A DNA stretch of 64,000 bases from a virus, in the IMG/VR virus record IMGVR_UViG_3300027659_000015, positions 1 to 64,000 of that record. One strand, 5' to 3'. Within the stretch, counting starts at the first letter, position 1. Each line of letters starts with the position of its first letter. This document shows positions 9,062 to 16,369 of the stretch, piece after piece. The notes beneath the pieces are model-generated. The model did no database searches. It saw only the letters and a list, made by a program, of their open reading frames with translations, and was not told the DNA's origin. The position numbers and the translations under genes were made by a program.

Positions 9062-9358
9062 ATGAGTTTGTTTATTGAAGTCAATTCTATTGATAAAAAT
9101 TGTCCAGTTATTATTAATTTGGAATCTGTAATTGAGATTGCACCATTAGCCGCAGGCGGTTGTGCTTTGTTCTTTCCTGATGCTGCTGCCGTTGGCGGTA
9201 AAACTGCAATGAAAGTAACTGACACATATGAACAGTTTAAACAATTTGCTATTCAACCTGTAAGTGCTGAAGATATTGCTGCTAGATTTCCTAAAGTAAC
9301 GGCAGAAGCAAAAGGCAAGAAGTCTACAACACCAGAATACGACATACCTAAACTATGA
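9062..9358 (+). CDS. hypothetical protein
   Basis: AAGGAG SD; 98 aa. Confidence 0.8.
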   Translation: MSLFIEVNSIDKNCPVIINLESVIEIAPLAAGGCALFFPDAAAVGGKTAMKVTDTYEQFKQFAIQPVSAEDIAARFPKVTAEAKGKKSTTPEYDIPKL

Positions 9359-9552
9359 CAAAATTTGAATTTAAATGTATACAAGAAACTGGTGTAGGTG
9401 CCAGTCGAACTACAATTGTGCAAACTGATGCACACTTTTTACCTGAAGTAATTGAAGAATTTCAAACCTTTCTGCGTGGTTGTGGTTATTACTTCAATGG
9501 TGTTTTAGAATTTGTAGATGAAGATGATGGATTCTCTGAAACCAAGCTTTGA
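9355..9552 (+). CDS. small hypothetical phage protein
   Basis: EEFQTFLRGCGY motif; coupled ORF. Confidence 0.75.
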   Translation: MTKFEFKCIQETGVGASRTTIVQTDAHFLPEVIEEFQTFLRGCGYYFNGVLEFVDEDDGFSETKL

Positions 9553-9814
9553 GTGGATAAGAGATGACTGGCGCTCTAATACATATCGTTTTATGGTTGA
9601 GTGTCTTGCTTGGGCTATTAGTATTGGTTGTTCTATTACTATGGCTCTTACTGTACCTAATCCCCCTCTTCTTTTACTTTATCCTATTTGGATTACTGGT
9701 TGTGCCTTGTACGCTTGGGCTGCTTTTTCTCGTAAGTCTTTTGGCATGCTAGCCAATTATATGTTATTAGTTACGATTGATTTTATTGGTTTGATAAGGA
9801 TGTTATTGGTGTGA
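9518..9814 (+). CDS. three-TM membrane protein
   Basis: Three hydrophobic helices. Confidence 0.75.
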   Translation: MKMMDSLKPSFEWIRDDWRSNTYRFMVECLAWAISIGCSITMALTVPNPPLLLLYPIWITGCALYAWAAFSRKSFGMLANYMLLVTIDFIGLIRMLLV

Positions 9815-9939
9815 AAAAGTGGATAATTCGTATCCTTCTTTTACCTCTATGGTTGCCAATCATCTTTATTTGGGGTATAATAGCACCAGCATTAATTTTT
9901 GGCTTATTGTTTGCTTTCTTTAAACACCTGTTCCTATGA
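9811..9939 (+). CDS. small hydrophobic protein (42 aa, not in the ORF track)
   Basis: GTG start overlaps the upstream stop and the TGA overlaps the next ATG; MKKWIIRILLLPLWLPIIFIWGIIAPALIFGLLFAFFKHLFL. Confidence 0.6.
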   Translation: MKKWIIRILLLPLWLPIIFIWGIIAPALIFGLLFAFFKHLFL

Positions 9940-10481
9940 ATATCTTCTATCTTGATCCCGATCCACAGATTTGTGCTGAGATGCACAATAACAAACATTG
10001 CGTAAAGATGATTCTCGAATATGCACAATTACTCTCAACTGCTCATCGTGTTCTTGACGGGACTCTTATCGACCGCCTCAGTGCTTCTGGTCGTAAACAA
10101 AAAGCATATGTACTTGCCGATTACCGTGAGTCCGCTCTTTACTCTGCTACTCATATCAATCACCCATCGGCAATATGGGTAAGAAAGACACACCAAAATT
10201 ATATGTGGTTGGCTGAACTGCTTGAGATGTTATGTTGGGAATATACATATCGATATGAAAAAATACACAAAGTAGAACGTGTTGGACTTATGCAATTGTT
10301 GAAGAATGAATTTCCTAGAAACATACCAATTGGCCCCTTTACAGGTCCAACACCAGCCATGCCTGAAGATGTAAAAGTACCAGGCAATTCATTGGCATCC
10401 TATCGTAACTACTATAACAAAAACAAAACACATCTGGCAGACTGGAAGAAACGACCAGTTCCACAATGGTTTCAAGGATAA
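9936..10481 (+). CDS. pyrimidine-dimer DNA glycosylase / endonuclease V-like protein
   Basis: MNIFYLD...KHCVKMILEYAQLLSTAH, THINHPSAIW, EYTYRYEKIH and YRNYY motifs of the DenV-related family. Confidence 0.7.
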   Translation: MNIFYLDPDPQICAEMHNNKHCVKMILEYAQLLSTAHRVLDGTLIDRLSASGRKQKAYVLADYRESALYSATHINHPSAIWVRKTHQNYMWLAELLEMLCWEYTYRYEKIHKVERVGLMQLLKNEFPRNIPIGPFTGPTPAMPEDVKVPGNSLASYRNYYNKNKTHLADWKKRPVPQWFQG

Positions 10482-10489
10482 ATATTGAC

Positions 10490-10768
10490 ATGATATACGA
10501 TTTTTACAATAAACAAACCGAACAAATCGAAGAACATACTATGCGCCTATCGGAGTATGACGATTTCGTTGCCAACAATTCACACCTAGAGAGATATCAC
10601 TCACCAACAGGTCTTCCTGGTTTTGGTGATGGTATGCGTATGGACACACCAGGAACTGGTAAGGCAGACTCCACATTTGAAAAGTATGTCATCAATCGTA
10701 TGAAGGAAACCATACCTGGAAATACGATTAAGACTGGCCATAAAACCAAAATGTCAAGAGAGTGGTAA
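10490..10768 (+). CDS. small conserved T4-like protein (FmdB-like, lacking the Cys residues)
   Basis: MIYDFYNKQTEQIEE..MRLSEYDDF..N.HLE; ATG at 10490. Confidence 0.6.
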   Translation: MIYDFYNKQTEQIEEHTMRLSEYDDFVANNSHLERYHSPTGLPGFGDGMRMDTPGTGKADSTFEKYVINRMKETIPGNTIKTGHKTKMSREW

Positions 10769-10885
10769 TGGCACAGATTCCAGCATTATTTTTACCACCA
10801 TCAACAAGGAGCGTGCATGTTAAGAAAGCCTCCGTGAAACCTAATACTTCCAAGAAAAAGTCCAACAAACAAAAAGGAAGTATGA

Positions 10886-11038
10886 ATGAGCAAAAAAAGA
10901 ATGATGCCACGCAGTGTTCGTATCTACTACGAACAGATGAAGAAGAAACGTTTGGAACAAGAATTAGCGGAGTATGCTAAGAATTTGAAAGAGATGGAAC
11001 GATATAGAGACAGTTTGTATCGTGGTATGGACTACTAA
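10886..11038 (+). CDS. small helical protein (50 aa, not in the ORF track)
   Basis: AAGGAAG SD; MSKKRMMPRSVRIYYEQMKKKRLEQELAEYAKNLKEMERYRDSLYRGMDY*. Confidence 0.55.
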   Translation: MSKKRMMPRSVRIYYEQMKKKRLEQELAEYAKNLKEMERYRDSLYRGMDY

Positions 11039-11064
11039 ATAAAAATTTTAACCATGAGTATATT

Positions 11065-11715
11065 ATGTTTCACTATTGTCCCCCTAAAGATTTACAAGAC
11101 CTACAAGCAACCACCTTTCCTGATGGTAAGAGATACTACACTCTACCAGATGGCACAAGATTACCATCAGTCACCACAGTAATTGGTGCAAAAGGTAAAG
11201 AGGCCATTCTTAAATGGCGGCAGAGAGTTGGTGAAGAAGAGGCAAACAAGATATCACGGAAAGCATCAAGCCGTGGTACAAATGTTCACACACTATGTGA
11301 ACGATATTTAAACAATGAAGCACTTGGTGACATTATGCCTGATGCAAAGGCAATGTTTCTACCACTTAAACCCATATTAAATCGAATCAATAACATTCAT
11401 TACCAAGAATGTACACTTTGGTCTGTCAATCTTGGAATGGCAGGCCGTGTTGACTGTATTGGTGAATTTGATGGTGTTTTGTCTGTAATTGACTTTAAAA
11501 CATCCAAAAGAATCAAGAAAAAAGAAGATATTGACAATTACTTTGCACAATGTGTGGCATATGCCTGCATGTATGAAGAACTGATTGGAAGTGGTATCGA
11601 CCAAATCGTCATTATTATGGCTGTAGATAATGAGGAACCACTGGTTTTTATTGAGAAAACGGCAGACCACCTAAATACTTTATTGGAGTACATAAAGTTT
11701 TATAGGGAAAATTAA
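11065..11715 (+). CDS. PD-(D/E)xK exonuclease (Cas4/RecB-like fold, T4-like phage exonuclease)
   Basis: LPSVTTV, RGTNVH, AGRVDCI..IDFKTS and QCVAYA motifs. Confidence 0.85.
   Translation: MFHYCPPKDLQDLQATTFPDGKRYYTLPDGTRLPSVTTVIGAKGKEAILKWRQRVGEEEANKISRKASSRGTNVHTLCERYLNNEALGDIMPDAKAMFLPLKPILNRINNIHYQECTLWSVNLGMAGRVDCIGEFDGVLSVIDFKTSKRIKKKEDIDNYFAQCVAYACMYEELIGSGIDQIVIIMAVDNEEPLVFIEKTADHLNTLLEYIKFYREN
11672..11677 (+). promoter_or_regulatory. late promoter inside the exonuclease 3' end, serving the adhesin pair
   Basis: cTAAATA about 40 nt upstream of the 11716 ATG. Confidence 0.45.
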
Positions 11716-12579
11716 ATGGCTATATCAGCATCAGGAGCAGTTTCTTTTGCAGACATTAACACCGAATTTGGTAGAAGTTCAACAGCATCTATTAGTTTTA
11801 CTGATACTAGAACCCATTACATGTCTGCGGGTAATGCTTCGGGTCAAGCAGATTTTGCTGGATTTCGTGGTAAAACAGCAAGTCTAAACATAACGATTGC
11901 TTCAAATCAAACAGGATACAATGTTGCTGCATCTGCAGCAAGTTCTACTTATAATCCAAATTATCAATCATTAGCAGTTGTTGTTAATTCTGGTGTAACT
12001 GTTTATGGTCTCGGTGGTGACGCTAATGGTGGTCCTGGTGGATCAGGTTTGTACTTTTTTAGCACACAGTTAGGTGCAACTAGTTTTCCGTATGGAGTTA
12101 CATTAACAAATAACGGCACAATCGGCGGCGGCGGAGGCAACGGTGGTACTGGTGGATATAACTTTAATGATGGTTATCCAGGTAACAATGGTGGTGATGG
12201 TATTCGAGTACAAGGCACAGGAATGGCTGTCACAATCTACAACAATGGAACAATAAACGGCGGCGGCGGTGGCGGCGGCGGAGGACTCGGTACATCTTCA
12301 CCTGCTAGCGGCGGTGGCGGTGGCGCTCCAAATGGCGGCGGTGGGTATTCTTATGCTGGTGTTCCTGGTTATGGCCAAGCTGCAACTGCAACTACAGGCG
12401 GCAATGGTGGAAGTAGTGGTAACGCTGGCGGTAGAGGTGGTAACTTAGCGGCCGCTGGTTCCAAAGGATCTGGTGGAAACTTTAATGACGGCGGCGGTGC
12501 CGGTTATGCTTCTAGAATTTTATCTGGTGGATCAATTACATACGCTACAGCCGGTACAAGAAACGGCACTGTTGGTTAA
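11716..12579 (+). CDS. glycine-rich gp38-like tail fibre tip adhesin
   Basis: N-terminal MAISASGAVSFADINTEFG module, then repeated NNGTIxGGGG polyglycine motifs. Confidence 0.7.
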   Translation: MAISASGAVSFADINTEFGRSSTASISFTDTRTHYMSAGNASGQADFAGFRGKTASLNITIASNQTGYNVAASAASSTYNPNYQSLAVVVNSGVTVYGLGGDANGGPGGSGLYFFSTQLGATSFPYGVTLTNNGTIGGGGGNGGTGGYNFNDGYPGNNGGDGIRVQGTGMAVTIYNNGTINGGGGGGGGGLGTSSPASGGGGGAPNGGGGYSYAGVPGYGQAATATTGGNGGSSGNAGGRGGNLAAAGSKGSGGNFNDGGGAGYASRILSGGSITYATAGTRNGTVG

Positions 12580-12596
12580 TCAATAAGGAAAAATAA

Positions 12597-14297
12597 ATGG
12601 CATTACAGGCATCAGGTAGTATAAAATTTTCTGATATTGCTACTGAATTATCTTATTCTAGTACAAATTTTAGTTTTAGTAATACGGCGGCTAGACAACT
12701 TGCTGGTACAGTTGGTGTACCGACCAATCTAGGTTCATTTAGAAATAAATCTAGAAATTGGCATTTAACTCTACAAACTGCAAGTAATGGAACCACAGAA
12801 TGGTCGTATATTTCACATATGAAAGTTGGTCCTGATGGGTGTTTATATTTGTTAGATAGAACATATGAAACTACTGGTGGGAATGTCACCGCTTGTGTAT
12901 ATAAACTCAATACAGATGGTGCCTCTATTGTGTGGACTAGGACGATAAGTCCAGCAACAGCAACAAGTAATTTTTCACCAAAAAATCTAGATATTGATTC
13001 ATCAGGTAATGTATATGTCGTAACTTATGAGTGGGCAACTAGAGCTAGAGGTAATATTATTTTGGTTAAATTAAACTCCAGTGGAACTTTGGTTTGGAAA
13101 AAACAATATTATACCACAACTGCAACAGCATCCACAAATAGTTACAACGCAAGCGGAACTTACTCGAATGGTTTGCAAAGAATTGAAGGTTTTTCACCAA
13201 GAGTGGCTATAGACAATTCAGGAAATCCTGTAATAACGACAGAACAAACTAACGGCCGGACATATGATAACTATGCTTGGGGTAATGATAGTTGGATGTC
13301 AATAATAAGAATAAATCCATCTGATGGAACAATATTAAATAACTTTGCGCAAAGAGTTAAAGCTCCAACAGACACTACTGTTTCCTGGAATTCTGTTAAT
13401 CCAAGTTTACATTTTGATGCAACATTTAGTCCACAAGATATATTTTTTGATTCTTCGAACAATGGATATGTAAAATCATTAATTATACCTAAAGATGCAC
13501 GATATCAAGATTATTTTGAATGTATTACAAAATTTTCAACAACTGCAATAACAAGAAATACAATATTTTGTAATTATGGTAATGGATCCACACGGATGCA
13601 ATTAAGTTCTGATGAAAGTAATTTTTATATAGGTATTGATGGAAAGGTTGGTAAAATTGGTTCAGCTTTAACGGGTAGTTCTTATACCTATACAAAAACT
13701 ATTACTCAAACTGCAGCAAATGGTGGTGTAGATTTAGCAACAAATCTTTTGGCGACAAAAGATAATCGGTTTATACAAACTAGAGAAGTTAGAACTAATT
13801 ATGAATCGAGATTGGGACCAAAAATATTGGTATTTAATTCTGATGGTTCATTACAATATCAATTTATTAACACAGTCACATCTACTATAAACAATGCTAA
13901 CATGAGTTCTCTCGGAAACGGTATGCCTTCACCGGATTATTGTTCTTGTATTGATAGTTACAATCAAGTATACACTGCTGTTAGATTAAATGACTATAAC
14001 TTTTCTCCAACGAGAAGGTCTTATATTATAAGTAAAGTACCTATAGACAACACAAGAAAAGGTACGATAACAATCGGTAATTATACTGTTAATTTTAATA
14101 CAGATACAGCATATACAATAGGTACAGGCCCAGCTATACAAGCTGCATCTTTAGATTGTACAAGTGGTAATGCAAACCAACCACAGGATCCTACATTAGT
14201 TTCTATTAATACATCATTAGCATATTCTGTTTCAGATTCAACTGTTGGCATTACAAATTCTGGTATAAATAGCTTGGCGGTAAAGGCCAACATATAA
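12597..14297 (+). CDS. putative adhesin: shared N-terminal docking module plus beta-propeller-like domain
   Basis: N-terminus MALQASGSIKFSDIATELS matches the 11716 ORF; IDSSGNVYV and KLNSSGTLVW repeats. Confidence 0.65.
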   Translation: MALQASGSIKFSDIATELSYSSTNFSFSNTAARQLAGTVGVPTNLGSFRNKSRNWHLTLQTASNGTTEWSYISHMKVGPDGCLYLLDRTYETTGGNVTACVYKLNTDGASIVWTRTISPATATSNFSPKNLDIDSSGNVYVVTYEWATRARGNIILVKLNSSGTLVWKKQYYTTTATASTNSYNASGTYSNGLQRIEGFSPRVAIDNSGNPVITTEQTNGRTYDNYAWGNDSWMSIIRINPSDGTILNNFAQRVKAPTDTTVSWNSVNPSLHFDATFSPQDIFFDSSNNGYVKSLIIPKDARYQDYFECITKFSTTAITRNTIFCNYGNGSTRMQLSSDESNFYIGIDGKVGKIGSALTGSSYTYTKTITQTAANGGVDLATNLLATKDNRFIQTREVRTNYESRLGPKILVFNSDGSLQYQFINTVTSTINNANMSSLGNGMPSPDYCSCIDSYNQVYTAVRLNDYNFSPTRRSYIISKVPIDNTRKGTITIGNYTVNFNTDTAYTIGTGPAIQAASLDCTSGNANQPQDPTLVSINTSLAYSVSDSTVGITNSGINSLAVKANI

Positions 14298-14302
14298 GCC
14301 TA

Positions 14303-14331
14303 TTGCCAAACTAAAATAAATATAGTATAAT
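14303..14331 (+). promoter_or_regulatory. promoter for the tmRNA locus (sigma70-type, with a late TAAATA in its spacer)
   Basis: TTGCCA(14303-08)-N17-TATAAT(14326-31); aTAAATA at 14316-14322. Confidence 0.7.
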
Positions 14332-14413
14332 GGACTACTTCGAACCCATCATATTAATAATTTGCCTAATAACCATAGGATGGTTAATATGGTACTATAA
14401 TAAGATGGGTGAC

Positions 14414-14702
14414 TGAATTGTTGTATGAAGCAACTAGAAAAGTATTCTGGACGGGGGTGCGAATCCCCCCAGCTCCACCAGAAGCACATGTCTTAGATGA
14501 AAGAAACCGTTTTACGGGCTCTAATGGGGTGTGTTTCTGATGGGGCTGCATAGTTTCGACAGGGTAACAAGTATAGAAGTGGACAACTCACCAGAGTAGG
14601 TGTAAAAACTAAATCAAAGTAAACGCAAACGACTCACAGTTCGCATTGGCAGCCTAAACGCTGACTAGGGTTCGATAGGTTCCTCGTAACAGAATACCTA
14701 TC
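14414..14702 (+). ncRNA. ssrA: circularly permuted (two-piece) tmRNA: acceptor piece ~14414-14480, intervening segment 14481-14541, coding piece 14542-~14702; tag ANDSQFALAA
   Basis: T-arm GGGGG-TGCGAAT-CCCCC and 3' CAGCTCC-A-CCA (ending 14480) lie upstream of the 5' strand GGGGCTG (14542); 7-bp acceptor stem with G3-U wobble; PK1 CACC/GGTG plus AGT/ACT; resume codon GCA at 14625 to TAA at 14657. Confidence 0.93.
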
Positions 14703-14730
14703 AACATTTTCAATAACAATAGGAGTTTTA

Positions 14731-15267
14731 ATGAAGAAATTAGCAATCGCAACTTTGGTTGCATTAAGTGTATCAGCATATGCTGGTGATACCGTTACTG
14801 TTGAAGGTCAACGTATCAACAACGCTGGTGCAGCTGCACAACAACAATATGTTTTGGGTGTTAAGAAAGACTTCGGCAATTTCGCTGGTGATGTATCTTT
14901 CGCAAATGCGCAAACTGAAGGCACAAATGTTTTGAGCACTCGTTTAGAAGCAGGCGCAACAGTATCAGGTCCAGTTGGATTGTATGCTCGTACTGCTATT
15001 GGTCAAAAATATAGCAATACAGCCGACTTCAACTACTATTCAGTAGAACCAGGTTTTACTGCACCAATCGGTGCTGGTTTGACTGCTAAGGTTGGGTATC
15101 GCTGGCGTTCTGCTTTTGCTACTACAAACGGTGACCAAACACATACAATGCGTTATGCTGTGTCTTATGCTTTGAATAAGAACGATGCTGTTGCAGTGAA
15201 GTATGACCGTGTTCAAGGTGACAGCAATCAGAAAGTTGTTGCTGTAGCATACACAGTAGGTTTCTAA
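14731..15267 (+). CDS. outer-membrane beta-barrel protein (small porin-like)
   Basis: Sec signal (MKKLAIATLVALSVSAYA), about 10 amphipathic strands and a C-terminal beta-signal AYTVGF. Confidence 0.8.
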   Translation: MKKLAIATLVALSVSAYAGDTVTVEGQRINNAGAAAQQQYVLGVKKDFGNFAGDVSFANAQTEGTNVLSTRLEAGATVSGPVGLYARTAIGQKYSNTADFNYYSVEPGFTAPIGAGLTAKVGYRWRSAFATTNGDQTHTMRYAVSYALNKNDAVAVKYDRVQGDSNQKVVAVAYTVGF

Positions 15268-15272
15268 TCTAC

Positions 15273-15317
15273 TAAATAAGTATATGGGTTCGGTGGGACC
15301 CATTCAAATAATCCACT
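15273..15317 (+). promoter_or_regulatory. late promoter followed by an H-type pseudoknot leader
   Basis: TAAATA 15273-78; stem 1 ATGGGT(15284-89)/ACCCAT(15298-303); loop GGTGGG pairs with TCCACT(15312-17). Confidence 0.55.
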
Positions 15318-15347
15318 AACACACTTATCACAACACAGGAGAAAACT

Positions 15348-15626
15348 ATGTCAAACATGACACCCTTTGAAATCCGTCTCGAACTTTTAAAAATGGCTAG
15401 AGATATGTTATATGATGTATATCACGCAGAAACCAATCGAATACAAGAGACTTGGCATATGCAATGTGAAACGGCAAGGAATAAAGGTGAGACACCACCT
15501 GAACATCCAGGATTGCCAACAATCCCCTCAGAATCAGACATTATCAACAAGGCTCAAACCTTGAATGGTTTTGTGTCTAATATTATTACTGCACCTGAAG
15601 TAAAGGTCAGTAGAAAAACTACTTGA
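15348..15626 (+). CDS. conserved hypothetical T4-like phage protein
   Basis: PFEIRLELLKMA...P.E.DII.KA..LN.FVS; AGGAG SD. Confidence 0.85.
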   Translation: MSNMTPFEIRLELLKMARDMLYDVYHAETNRIQETWHMQCETARNKGETPPEHPGLPTIPSESDIINKAQTLNGFVSNIITAPEVKVSRKTT

Positions 15627-15631
15627 GGGTT

Positions 15632-15645
15632 GGGGCTTCGGCCCC
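15632..15645 (+). promoter_or_regulatory. stable cUUCGg hairpin (mRNA stabiliser or processing site)
   Basis: GGGGC-TTCG-GCCCC with no U-tract; followed by a CA-rich leader and SD. Confidence 0.6.
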
Positions 15646-15666
15646 TAACACACACAAGGAGAATTA

Positions 15667-16146
15667 ATGAAGAAATTCATTCTAATTACATTATTTGCTT
15701 TAACACCGGTAGTTGGTCATCAACAACCAGTAACAGAGGTACAAGAAGTATCAGGTGAACTAGGTCAACAAATTCTATGCATGGCTAAGAATCTATATTA
15801 TGAAGCCGCAAGTGAATCCTTTGAAGGTAAATTAGCGGTAGCACAGGTAACTATGAACCGTGCTAATTCAAAACAATTTCCAAAATCAGTTTGTGAAGTT
15901 GTTTATCAAAAAGTAAATCAAACATACCAATTCAGTTGGGTTGGTGAACGTGTCGGTCCTATCAGAAACAAATATGCATGGGAAGAGTGTATGATTGTTG
16001 CCAGAAAGGCCTTGACAGAAGGCGTATTACATGATATAATACACAAAACAAATTCAATGTACTATCATAATACATCGGTAAATCCGGCATGGAAACTGAA
16101 GTATGTTGCTAAAATTGGAAACCATCTATTCTATACAAGAAGTTAA
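15667..16146 (+). CDS. cell wall hydrolase, SleB/Hydrolase_2 family, with signal peptide
   Basis: CMAKNLYYEA..E...GKLAVAQVTMNR, FPKSVCEVVYQ, QFSW and IGNHLFY. Confidence 0.9.
   Translation: MKKFILITLFALTPVVGHQQPVTEVQEVSGELGQQILCMAKNLYYEAASESFEGKLAVAQVTMNRANSKQFPKSVCEVVYQKVNQTYQFSWVGERVGPIRNKYAWEECMIVARKALTEGVLHDIIHKTNSMYYHNTSVNPAWKLKYVAKIGNHLFYTRS
16012..16040 (+). promoter_or_regulatory. consensus sigma70 promoter inside the hydrolase CDS, upstream of gp33
   Basis: TTGACA-N17-TATAAT with TGn. Confidence 0.75.
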
Positions 16147-16147
16147 A

Positions 16148-16369
16148 ATGCCGACAAAAAATGAAATAAGTGAATTTAGTATGAAGATAGCAGAAATGGC
16201 TGAAGAATCAAATCTTACAATCATGGACGCTATCGTTGTATACTGTGAACAAACGGGCATAGAGATTGATGTGGCATCCACATTGGTTTCTTCTGCCTTA
16301 AAAGCCAAACTAAGAGAAGAAGCACAAGAACTCAATCTATTGAAAAAGAGTGCCAAACTACCCATATGA
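16148..16369 (+). CDS. gp33: late transcription coactivator gp33
   Basis: FS..I......MDAIV.YCEQ..IE......L....LKAKL..EA..LNLL; located before gp59 and gp32. Confidence 0.85.
   Translation: MPTKNEISEFSMKIAEMAEESNLTIMDAIVVYCEQTGIEIDVASTLVSSALKAKLREEAQELNLLKKSAKLPI

Noticed and set aside
10762-10980. 72-aa Lys-rich ORF as a confident gene
   Set aside because: It overlaps the better-supported ORF at 10886-11038 (which has an SD) by 95 nt; left unresolved.
11065-11715. Cas4 / CRISPR system
   Set aside because: No four-Cys Fe-S cluster pattern, no other cas genes and no repeat-spacer array; it is the common T4-like PD-(D/E)xK exonuclease.
14449-14480. tRNA gene or integration-site tRNA remnant (T-arm plus CCA)
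   Set aside because: There is no upstream 5' acceptor strand, D-arm or anticodon arm. The partner strand is downstream and followed by a tag frame, so it belongs to the permuted tmRNA.
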